Of a stretch of 64,000 bases of DNA, positions 1 through 8,162 are shown piece after piece. Position numbers and translations under genes: made by a program. This stretch comes from Syntrophales bacterium (GTDB lineage: Bacteria > Desulfobacterota > Syntrophia > Syntrophales > UBA2210), in contig CAXXNF010000002.1 in the NCBI GenBank assembly GCA_963666365.2, positions 2,016,001-2,080,000 of the forward strand. The letters are read 5' to 3'. Positions within the stretch are counted from its first letter, which is position 1; every line of letters starts with the position of its first letter. The notes under the pieces are model-generated. The model had not been told where the DNA came from, made no database searches, and saw only the letters and a list, made by a program, of their open reading frames with translations.

Positions 1-35
1 GGAAAAGAGCAATCCGTCCCTTACAAGATACCAGA

Positions 36-248
36 TCATTGAACTGGCGACACCACCTTTTTCAGGAGAGCTGAAACAGCCACAGCAAATGACTCGGGAT
101 CAACTATTTTGTGGATGCTCGCATAGATAAAAAGCGCTCCCATCAAAAAACTGATAACACGACAATATATTTTTTCCCTGTCACAACTCTGCTGCTTCAT
201 GAACCGCAACATCTTTTCAGAGAGGAAGCGACATCGATCTGACCGCAT
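36..248 (-). pseudogene. Truncated MauE/DoxX-family membrane protein fragment
   Basis: Motif lGalFiyAsihKivDPesFa resembles the first TM segment of MauE/DoxX; ORF ends about 15 codons later. Confidence 0.4.
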
Positions 249-581
249 TGACTACAAAACCACATACAAAGGCAATTAATAGAATCAGACCCGCCTGGAA
301 TATGCACACTCATACCTGTCTGTCAATAGCCTTTTTTTCTCTTTTTGTTCTGTCATATGCTAAAAGATATCTTTCATTTTCTCCCCCGAAAAAAAATGAG
401 GAACTCCCATAATATCCCGGGGGATAACAGTCTTTCGCTACATCACAGACCTTATTGCTCTTACCGATTGCTTTTATAGGAAAACCTTTGCCTATTGCAA
501 GAATTTTGTCAACAGCCTTTCTATGAGTGTTTCCTTGACCCTTTAGAGGCAATTAGGTAAAAGAAACTGAAAGGTAAAAAG

Positions 582-1364
582 GTGAATATGAAAAAAGGTC
601 GAATCAGCGCCATTCTCTTTGAACAGGCCCGCACAGCAGGTGAAAATAGAATTGTAACGGACGTAAGAATCGGTCTCGGCTATATCGGCGTTGCCCTCGA
701 CAACGATCGGCTTGGATTGGCAGCGGTCATACAGGAAGATTTTCAGACGAGCTGTACCGCGCTTTCAAAAGCCGGCACACTTGCCGGATTGAGCGCATCA
801 CAGCTGCTGAAGTTTCTGGTGGAAGGACGCAACCCCCTGGAAAAGGCTTTGGGATTGGCCACGGCAAACGCGATCCTGCGCCCCGGCTCTTGTGCCGATG
901 AAGAGGTGGAAGCGATAGAGGCGATGAAGCTCACCGGGCAGGATACTGTGGCCATGGTGGGTTTTTTCGGGCCGCTTGTCGGCAGGATAAAGGCAACGGG
1001 CGCAACCCTTTCCATTATCGAAAAAAACCCTCGCCGTCCGGGCATTACAGATGCGGCGCGCCAGAAAGAAATCCTTTCAGGCGCCACCGTCGCCATCGTC
1101 ACGGCCACATCAATTTTGAACGACACCATCGAAGACATATTGCACTATCTTGATTCCGCCAGAGAGGTAAGCATACTGGGGCCCTCGACGCCACTCTACC
1201 CGGAGGCGTTTCGAAATACTCCGGTCACTCACCTCGGCGGTTCGGAAAGTCTCGATAACAAAAAAATTATGCAGATTATCTCCGAGGGAGGGGGAACGCC
1301 CGCCATGCGCCCCTATCTTCGGTTTATCAATATTTTTTTCACTAAGGATATGCAGCGCCCATGA
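582..1364 (+). CDS. DUF364 family Rossmann-like protein (putative heavy-metal/cofactor chelation)
   Basis: DVRIGLGY...ALGLATANA, VAMVGFFGP, TATSILNDT, GPSTP motifs. Confidence 0.8.
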   Translation: MNMKKGRISAILFEQARTAGENRIVTDVRIGLGYIGVALDNDRLGLAAVIQEDFQTSCTALSKAGTLAGLSASQLLKFLVEGRNPLEKALGLATANAILRPGSCADEEVEAIEAMKLTGQDTVAMVGFFGPLVGRIKATGATLSIIEKNPRRPGITDAARQKEILSGATVAIVTATSILNDTIEDILHYLDSAREVSILGPSTPLYPEAFRNTPVTHLGGSESLDNKKIMQIISEGGGTPAMRPYLRFINIFFTKDMQRP

Positions 1365-1891
1365 CCCCCATTCTGTCGATTGTCGGAAAATCAAACTCAG
1401 GAAAAACAACCCTCATTGAAAAAATCATTCCCCCTCTGCGTGAAAAGGGCTACCGGGTCGCGACCATCAAGCACAACCGTCACGGTTTCGATATCGATCA
1501 TGAAGGAAAGGACAGCTGGCGTCACAAAAAAGCGGGCGCCTTCACCACAGTGATTGCATCCCCCCACAAGATCGCGGTAATAGAAGATACGGACTGCGAC
1601 TATGGGATAGACGAGCTTGCCGCACGGTACATCCGGTCGGCCGATCTGATTCTGGTGGAAGGATTCAAGGACAACCCCTTCCCGAAGATAGAGGTATCGC
1701 TGGTCCGATCGCAGCACGACCTCCTCTGCACAAAAGAGGACAACCTCATTGCAATCGCCGCAGATGCGCATTATGATAGAGGAGTGCCCTGCTTTGACAT
1801 CAATGACATAGGCGGGTTGGTCGCATTTATTGAAGACTGTTTTTTAAACATGAGGGATAAAAACAGCCGCGGATCGTCTCTTGACTGGTGA
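1361..1891 (+). CDS. mobB: Molybdopterin-guanine dinucleotide biosynthesis protein B
   Basis: GKSNSGKTT P-loop, IKH, GKDSWRHKKAGA, ILVEGFK; ATGA overlap with the upstream gene. Confidence 0.92.
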   Translation: MTPILSIVGKSNSGKTTLIEKIIPPLREKGYRVATIKHNRHGFDIDHEGKDSWRHKKAGAFTTVIASPHKIAVIEDTDCDYGIDELAARYIRSADLILVEGFKDNPFPKIEVSLVRSQHDLLCTKEDNLIAIAADAHYDRGVPCFDINDIGGLVAFIEDCFLNMRDKNSRGSSLDW

Positions 1892-1913
1892 GACAAAAAA
1901 ATATCGCTAAAAT

Positions 1914-2192
1914 ATGAGTGACATTGACTGGCTAAAAATTGTAAAGTGGGTATTTATTGTGTTGGTTGCTGGATTTATCGGCCAGTTCGGGAAAATGCTT
2001 GCCAATCATTTCGCCTCCAAGGCAAAGTTGAAAAAGAAGCGCACACCACAGATGCCCGCGGAAAGTGGACCCAATAGAGTAATTGAAGAATCGGCAAGGG
2101 ATAAAGCCAAGGAAGAAAAGAAACTGTTGAAGGCCCGGACCAAACAACAGAAGAAGGAAGCAAAGGCGCTGCAAAAGCAAAATGAATTGTAA
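1914..2192 (+). CDS. Hypothetical small protein, one TM helix plus a Lys-rich tail
   Basis: Hydrophobic WVFIVLVAGFIG followed by a basic coiled tail; fits between mobB and greA. Confidence 0.65.
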   Translation: MSDIDWLKIVKWVFIVLVAGFIGQFGKMLANHFASKAKLKKKRTPQMPAESGPNRVIEESARDKAKEEKKLLKARTKQQKKEAKALQKQNEL

Positions 2193-2212
2193 AAGAAGTG
2201 GAGGGGTGCATT

Positions 2213-2695
2213 ATGGACAAGGTCCCGATTACGAGACCTGGATTTGAGAAACTGAAAAAGGATCTGGATCATATCAAACGGGTTGACGTACCTGAAAACA
2301 TTCGCGACATCGAAGAAGCTCGTGCACATGGAGACATATCGGAAAACGCCGAGTACGAGGCAGCCAAGGACCGGCAGGCCTTTCTTCAGGCCAAGATTCA
2401 GGAAATAGAAAACAAACTCGCCACATCCATGATAATAGATCCCAATGATCTCACGGATGAACGGGTGGTCTTCGGCGCAACGGTCACCATGGAAGATATG
2501 ATCAAGGAAGAGACTGTCGAGTATCTGCTGGTCGGTCCTTTCGAATCGGACATAGAAAGAAACAGGATCTCCGTCACTTCTCCTATTGGAAAAGCGCTGA
2601 TAGGAAAAGAAGTGGGTGAAGAGGTTTCCGTAAAGACACCAGGAGGGCTCCGCCGGTTCGAAATCGTCGACATCTGCATCAAGCCTCACGATTGA
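2213..2695 (+). CDS. greA: Transcription elongation factor GreA
   Basis: AR.HGDISENAEYEAAK and ISVTSPIGKALIG motifs; SD GGAGGGG upstream of ATG 2213. Confidence 0.95.
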   Translation: MDKVPITRPGFEKLKKDLDHIKRVDVPENIRDIEEARAHGDISENAEYEAAKDRQAFLQAKIQEIENKLATSMIIDPNDLTDERVVFGATVTMEDMIKEETVEYLLVGPFESDIERNRISVTSPIGKALIGKEVGEEVSVKTPGGLRRFEIVDICIKPHD

Positions 2696-2980
2696 GTAAA
2701 TGTCCATACCGTTTAAAGGATGCAGGTTGAGGCCTGCCGCAGCAACGGCGGCAGGCTTCAATGGTTCTCATACTATTCATTATTGCCGGAGAATCGGTTT
2801 TCACTGCAGTTTTGCAGAATACACAGAGTGTGCTCCGGCAGAGAATTAAGTCGCATATCTGCAATTATTTTACTTAAGAGAGTATCATTTTTGCATCTTA
2901 TTATTTGTGTGCAATGACAAGGCGGCGCCATATCGCTTCGATATACATGAAGTTTTTATTTTTATCATACTACGTTTCAG

Positions 2981-2996
2981 TGGCATGATTCTTGGT
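2981..2996 (+). promoter_or_regulatory. Putative sigma54 -24/-12 promoter of the Fe-S/ORP-like operon
   Basis: TGGCATGATTCTTGGT versus consensus TGGCACG-N4-TTGC(A/T); ends 36 nt before ATG 3033. Confidence 0.5.
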
Positions 2997-3032
2997 TATT
3001 GTTGCAAAGATCTTACATGAAAGGAATATACT

Positions 3033-3401
3033 ATGAAAATCGCAATTACCTCAACGGGCGAGGGCATGGAAAGTAAAGTGGACAGGAGTTTTGGAAGGGC
3101 AAAATGGTTTGTCACGATCGACAGGGAAACCAAAGCGATAGAAGCCCACTCGAACGCCCAGAACATACACGCCTCCCACGGCGCGGGCATTCAGGCGGCT
3201 CAGAATGTGGCGAACCTCGGCGTCGAAATCCTGCTGACCGGCAATGTAGGCCCCAATGCGTTTCGCACGTTGCAGGCGGCTTCCATAAAGATCTTCATGT
3301 TTGATAACACCGTAGAGACGGTGGAAGAGGCCCTGGCCCGCTGGGAAGCGGGAGATCTGGCGGAAATAGGCGCACCGACCCGCGAAGGCCACTGGGTATA
3401 A
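3033..3401 (+). CDS. NifB/NifX family (orange-protein-like) Mo-Fe cluster-binding protein
   Basis: MKIAITS..., FGRAKWF, GAGIQAAQ, LLTGNVGPNAFRTL. Confidence 0.88.
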   Translation: MKIAITSTGEGMESKVDRSFGRAKWFVTIDRETKAIEAHSNAQNIHASHGAGIQAAQNVANLGVEILLTGNVGPNAFRTLQAASIKIFMFDNTVETVEEALARWEAGDLAEIGAPTREGHWV

Positions 3402-3456
3402 AGAAAAAACGACCTCCATCCCTGTCATATGGAGGAAACCTGGAAGGTAAAAGATA

Positions 3457-4335
3457 ATGAATATAGCAATTGCAAGCGGCAAGGGCGGTACGGGAAAGAC
3501 GACCATTGCCACCAACCTCTCCCTCGCCCGTGCAGAGAAGGGTGAGCGCGTTACTCTGGCGGATTGTGATGTAGAAGAACCGAACTGCCATATTTTTCTG
3601 AAGCCCCGTATTGTCTACTCGGAAGCGGTCACGGTTCAAAAACCGGAAGTCATTGAAGACCGTTGCACAGGCTGCGGCATCTGTGGAGAAGTCTGTGAAT
3701 ATAACGCAATAGCCGTCATAAAAAAGAAGGTGCTCATATTCCCCGAACTCTGCCACAGTTGCGGGGCCTGCAGTCTTCTTTGCCCGGAAAATGCCATTGC
3801 CGAAACACCGAGGCATGTGGGCATGCTTGAAAAAGGAACCTCTTCCAATCTTTCATTCATTCAAGGACTGCTGAACATCGGCGAGCTGATGTCTCCGGCG
3901 GTCATTCATGCCGTAAGAGAAGCTGCAGGAAGTGATGGTCATGTCGTCGTTGACGCACCACCGGGTACTTCCTGCCCCGTGATCGAGGCCGTCAAGGGTT
4001 CCGATTTTGTCCTGCTCGTTACCGAACCGACTCCTTTCGGTCTTCACGATCTTACACTGGCCGTAGGAATGGTCCGCGAGCTTGATATCCCCTTTGCCGT
4101 GGCGATCAATCGATCCGACATGGGAACGGATGAACTTGCGCGCTACTGCGCCTCCGAAGGAATCGATGTCATACTCGAAATACCTGACGACCGGCGAATC
4201 GCCGAGGCCTACTCGCGGGGAGAGATGATTATTCATGCCCTTCCGGAGTATCGCAACCTTTTCGATGCCTGTTGGAATGAGGTGATGTCACGACAGGGCC
4301 TCCCATTGTCAAAACAGAACGAGGAGGTACTCTAA
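3457..4335 (+). CDS. MinD-superfamily P-loop ATPase with inserted 2x[4Fe-4S] ferredoxin domain
   Basis: SGKGGTGKTT, DCDVEEPN, CTGCGICGEVC and CHSCGACSLLCP, DAPPGTSCP, TEPTPFGLHDL. Confidence 0.92.
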   Translation: MNIAIASGKGGTGKTTIATNLSLARAEKGERVTLADCDVEEPNCHIFLKPRIVYSEAVTVQKPEVIEDRCTGCGICGEVCEYNAIAVIKKKVLIFPELCHSCGACSLLCPENAIAETPRHVGMLEKGTSSNLSFIQGLLNIGELMSPAVIHAVREAAGSDGHVVVDAPPGTSCPVIEAVKGSDFVLLVTEPTPFGLHDLTLAVGMVRELDIPFAVAINRSDMGTDELARYCASEGIDVILEIPDDRRIAEAYSRGEMIIHALPEYRNLFDACWNEVMSRQGLPLSKQNEEVL

Positions 4336-4339
4336 GGCC

Positions 4340-5230
4340 ATGAAAGAAATTGTGATAATCAGCGGAAAAGGGGGAACAGGCAAAACAAGCATCGTGGCGT
4401 CCTTTGCCGCGCTGGCGGGGAAAAAGGCACTTGCCGACTGCGATGTCGATGCCGCGGACCTTCACCTTGTACTGAATCCGGTGATTGAGGGTCGTGAAGA
4501 TTTCAGCGGCGGAAAGAAGGCGCGCATACTTGAAGACGCATGTATCGCCTGCGACAGTTGCATCGAGACATGCCGATTCGACGCGATATCCTACGGCGTC
4601 GGAGGAAAAGTCGATGCGGAATCGATTCCTTCAGTTAATCCGATTTACTGCGAGGGATGCGGGCTTTGCGTGCGCATCTGTCCGGCCGAGGCTATCGCTT
4701 TCGAACCGAGGATAAACGGCGAATGCTACGTATCGACCACGAAATATGGACCCATGGTGCATGCACGGCTCGGCATTGCCGAGGGTAATTCAGGAAAGCT
4801 CGTAAGCCTTGTGAGACAAAAAGCACGGGACATTGCGGAACGAGAGGATCTTGACTACATTCTCGTCGACGGGTCTCCGGGAATCGGCTGTCCCGTCATT
4901 GCATCCATAACGGGGGCCGATGTGATAGTGGCCGTAACGGAACCAACGCTTTCGGGAAAGCACGATCTATTGAGAGTCGCCGATCTGGCGGGTCACTTCA
5001 GAGTTCCCCTGCTTGTGTGCATCAACAAATGGGATCTGAACCCTTCAGTTGCGGAAGAAATTGAAAAGGTAACCGGCGAACGAGGCGCCGCCGTGGCCGG
5101 CCGCGTGCGATACGACAGGGCTATCACCATGGCACAGATAGAAAAAACCACCGTCATCGAATATACCGATCAGGGCGCCTCCCAGGACATTAAGGCACTC
5201 TGGGAAAGAGTGAGGGCCGCTCTCCAATGA
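4340..5230 (+). CDS. MinD-superfamily P-loop ATPase with ferredoxin domain (partner paralogue)
   Basis: SGKGGTGKTS, DCDVDAADL, CIACDSCIETC and CEGCGLCVRICP, DGSPGIGCPVIAS. Confidence 0.92.
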   Translation: MKEIVIISGKGGTGKTSIVASFAALAGKKALADCDVDAADLHLVLNPVIEGREDFSGGKKARILEDACIACDSCIETCRFDAISYGVGGKVDAESIPSVNPIYCEGCGLCVRICPAEAIAFEPRINGECYVSTTKYGPMVHARLGIAEGNSGKLVSLVRQKARDIAEREDLDYILVDGSPGIGCPVIASITGADVIVAVTEPTLSGKHDLLRVADLAGHFRVPLLVCINKWDLNPSVAEEIEKVTGERGAAVAGRVRYDRAITMAQIEKTTVIEYTDQGASQDIKALWERVRAALQ

Positions 5231-5316
5231 ACGGGCAGATCAAAGAAAAGGAGCGAAGGAGAGGCCGACCTATGCGTATCGATGCAGTGAGCGCCTGTAA
5301 ACATTTGGGCCATTGC

Positions 5317-5350
5317 ATATAAAAGTCGATTGAAATATATATAAAAGTCG
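5317..5350. repeat. 12-bp direct repeat ATATAAAAGTCG x2, 22-bp period
   Basis: Exact copies at 5317-5328 and 5339-5350 upstream of mrp. Confidence 0.6.
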
Positions 5351-5391
5351 TATAAGGAAGATAGGTTATATGTCGAAAGGAGACAGGGTAC

Positions 5392-6654
5392 ATGAGCGGT
5401 AACGGAAAAGATCAGGAAGGTCGTAGCGGCGAAACGCCGCCGGCCGGCGACAGCACACTGAAATCCTATACGGAGGGTCAGGCTTTGACGAACCGCATGG
5501 GTGAAATACAAAACAAGATTATGGTCCTCTCCGGCAAGGGGGGCGTGGGCAAAAGTACCGTCGCGGCAAATATCGCGGTCGCCCTCGCTATGGAAGGAAA
5601 AAAAGTGGGCCTTCTTGACACGGACTTTCACGGCCCGAGCATTCCCACACTTCTCAACCTTGAGGGAAAGCGGCCGGGAAGCGACGGCACATCGATCCTG
5701 CCCGTGGAGTACGTCGAGGGCATCAAGGTCATGTCCATCGGCTTTCTGGTGCCCAACCGTGATGACGCCGTCATCTGGAGAGGCCCCATGAAGATGAACG
5801 TGATCAAGCAGTTGCTCTCTGACGTGAACTGGGGAACACTGGATTACCTCGTGGTGGACTTCCCTCCGGGAACCGGCGACGAGCCCCTCTCGGTCGCCCA
5901 GCTCATTCCCCACAGCAACGGCGCGGTGATTGTCACAACCCCTCAGGATCTTTCACTCAACGACGTGCGGAAATGCATCAACTTCTGCCGCCAGGTCAAC
6001 ATTCCCGTCCTGGGCGTCATAGAAAACATGAGCGGATTGGTCTGTCCCAATTGTCACCACCTCATCGATGTCTTCAAATCGGGCGGCGGGGAGAAGATGG
6101 CGAAAGAAATGGGCGTCCCCTTCCTGGGGAAAATACCCATCGACCCGAATGTCGTTGAAGCCTCGGACAGAGGAATGCCCTTCGTATACCATTATTCCAA
6201 GTCGGATGCCGGAAAGGCATTTCGCGAAGCCATCGAACCCCTGCTGAATCTCACGCCCTCCGGAGCGTCGGCAGTTTCTGCAGAAACCCTCAAAAAGGAC
6301 AGTGATATGAAGACAACGCGCATTGCGATTCCTGTGGTGCAGGGACGCCTCAGCCCCCATTTCGGTCATTGCGACACCTTCGCCATTTACGACATCGATC
6401 CCGAAAAAAAAGAGGTCCTCTCTGAAACCACAGAGGAAGCCCCTCCGCACGAACCGGGACTTCTCCCCCGCTGGCTCGGAGAGAAGGGCGTACATGTCAT
6501 TATTGCTGGCGGCATGGGGGCGCGGGCCCAGGAGCTCTTTGCCGAACAGGGGATATCGGTTTCCATCGGCGCACCTTCAGATACCCCCGAAGCGATCGTC
6601 AATGCCTTTATGGAAGGCACCTTGACCCTGGGGGATAACATCTGTGACCACTAA
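5392..6654 (+). CDS. mrp: Mrp/NBP35 Fe-S cluster carrier ATPase fused to a C-terminal NifB/NifX domain (MrpORP-like)
   Basis: SGKGGVGKST, VIWRGP, DFPPGTGDE, ENMS..CPNC; C-terminal IAIP...HFGHC...PHEPG.LP...GGMG.RA...CDH. Confidence 0.92.
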   Translation: MSGNGKDQEGRSGETPPAGDSTLKSYTEGQALTNRMGEIQNKIMVLSGKGGVGKSTVAANIAVALAMEGKKVGLLDTDFHGPSIPTLLNLEGKRPGSDGTSILPVEYVEGIKVMSIGFLVPNRDDAVIWRGPMKMNVIKQLLSDVNWGTLDYLVVDFPPGTGDEPLSVAQLIPHSNGAVIVTTPQDLSLNDVRKCINFCRQVNIPVLGVIENMSGLVCPNCHHLIDVFKSGGGEKMAKEMGVPFLGKIPIDPNVVEASDRGMPFVYHYSKSDAGKAFREAIEPLLNLTPSGASAVSAETLKKDSDMKTTRIAIPVVQGRLSPHFGHCDTFAIYDIDPEKKEVLSETTEEAPPHEPGLLPRWLGEKGVHVIIAGGMGARAQELFAEQGISVSIGAPSDTPEAIVNAFMEGTLTLGDNICDH

Positions 6655-7096
6655 TGAACGGCAGAAAGATGACAGGGGAATAATTGAGGCGCTCCTGGGA
6701 ATGGCCTATGAAAAGGCCGCCGAGGTGTATTCCGAAGCCCTCGTGGATGCGGGTATGAACCCACAGCACTACGGCACGCTGCCGAACCCCGACGGATATG
6801 CGGCAGTCACCGGGACCTGAGGAGACACCGTCCAGATCTTTCTTCGGGTAAGAAAGGATATCATCGAGGAAGCAAAGTTTTCCACCGACGGGTGTATGTT
6901 TACCACCGCCGCGGCGGAAACGGCAGCCAGGCTGTGCCTGCACAAATCAATCCGGGACTGCCTTTTTATTAACGAAAGCGCAATTCTTGCGCAACTGCCC
7001 AGGATGCCCGAGGATCACAGGCATTGCGCGCTTTTGGCCGCAATGACATTCCAGAAGGCGCTGAAGGAGTGCATCGGAGGCAAGGGGACACAATAA
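6644..7096 (+). CDS. IscU/NifU-N-type Fe-S scaffold protein with in-frame TGA (probable selenocysteine) at 6818-6820
   Basis: Translation from GTG 6644: ...YSEALVDAGMNPQHYGTLPNPDGYAAVTGT-TGA-GDTVQIFLRVRKDIIEEAKFSTDGC...PEDHRHCALLA; the TGA occupies the Cys of the conserved GxCGD motif. Confidence 0.8.
6835..6862 (+). promoter_or_regulatory. Putative bacterial SECIS hairpin
   Basis: Stem CTTTCTT(6838-6844)/AAGAAAG(6850-6856), loop CGGGT starting after a 24-nt gap from the TGA, with G at loop position 2. Confidence 0.65.
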
Positions 7097-7111
7097 ATCA
7101 GGAGGTATGCG

Positions 7112-8071
7112 ATGGCCGGAACCGCAGCGATCACCGAGGTTGACAAGGTAGAAATCATTACGCTTCAAGACAACTATATCGAGATTACCGCGCAGGACAA
7201 CAGTGCGGTTATTTCGCGGGCCATGGCCGTCCGCAACGGAGAAATCAACAACTCCATCCAGGCGGAGCACGGGTTTTCTGCCATAGTGAGAACCACAAGG
7301 GGGGGCGCCGGACGGACCATGCTCTTCGACTTCGGCTTTTCACCTGAAGGGGCCGCCTTTAATGCGCGGGCCCTCAACATCCCCCTGCAGGAGGTTGAAG
7401 TCATGGCCTTGTCGCATGGTCACAGCGATCACACCGGCAGCATGGGGGAACTTACCCGAATGATCGGTCGAGACGGCATTCCGCTTGTCCTCCATCCGAC
7501 CGCCTTTGCCTATCCCCGCTATCTCAAGCCGATTCCGGATCTCAAAATATATTTTCCCCGTCTGATTCGCGAGGATTTGACTGCCCAGGGCATCGAGGTC
7601 ATCGAAACGAAAGATCCCTATCCCCTTCTTGACACCCAGGCGCTCTTTCTCGGTGAAATAGAACGAATCACTGATTTCGAAAAGGGGTTCCCCATCGCCT
7701 ATCGGGAAGAAGCAGGAAAGGAAATCTGGGATCCCATCGAAGATGATACCGCTGTTGTCATGAACCTGAAGGGAAAGGGGCTTATTGTGCTTTCCGGCTG
7801 TGCCCATTCGGGCATAGTCAACACCGTTGCCTATGCGAAAAAAGTGACCGGTATCGATCAAGTCCATGCAATAATGGGCGGATTTCACCTTTCCGGACCT
7901 TTGTTCGAACCGATTATCGACAGAACCACGGAAGAGATAAAAAAATTTCGGCCTACCTATGTGGTGCCCTGTCATTGTACGGGAAGAAATGCTATTATGC
8001 GCATGGAACGGGAAATGCCGGACGAGTTTATTTTAAATATGAGCGGCACGACGCTGACCTTTACCGCTTGA
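7112..8071 (+). CDS. MBL-fold metallo-hydrolase (COG1237-type)
   Basis: AEHGFS, LFDFG, SHGHSDHTG, SGCAHSGIVN, GGFHL, PCHCTG. Confidence 0.88.
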   Translation: MAGTAAITEVDKVEIITLQDNYIEITAQDNSAVISRAMAVRNGEINNSIQAEHGFSAIVRTTRGGAGRTMLFDFGFSPEGAAFNARALNIPLQEVEVMALSHGHSDHTGSMGELTRMIGRDGIPLVLHPTAFAYPRYLKPIPDLKIYFPRLIREDLTAQGIEVIETKDPYPLLDTQALFLGEIERITDFEKGFPIAYREEAGKEIWDPIEDDTAVVMNLKGKGLIVLSGCAHSGIVNTVAYAKKVTGIDQVHAIMGGFHLSGPLFEPIIDRTTEEIKKFRPTYVVPCHCTGRNAIMRMEREMPDEFILNMSGTTLTFTA

Positions 8072-8095
8072 GGGTTCATACCCTTTGGACCCGGC

Positions 8096-8132
8096 AACGC
8101 TCCCTTCCGCAACGCGGAGAGGGAGCGTTTTT
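8096..8132 (+). terminator. Rho-independent terminator
   Basis: AACGCTCCCT...AGGGAGCGTT stem plus T-tract. Confidence 0.75.
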
Positions 8133-8162
8133 ATGTAAGCCCGCTCTCTGAAGGAAAACGCA

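Noticed and set aside
310..552. 80-aa minus-strand ORF
   Set aside because: AT-rich intergenic region; no motifs or clear SD
6896..7096. 66-aa ORF as a stand-alone gene or simple pseudogene
   Set aside because: It is the C-terminal part of the TGA-containing IscU-like gene starting at 6644
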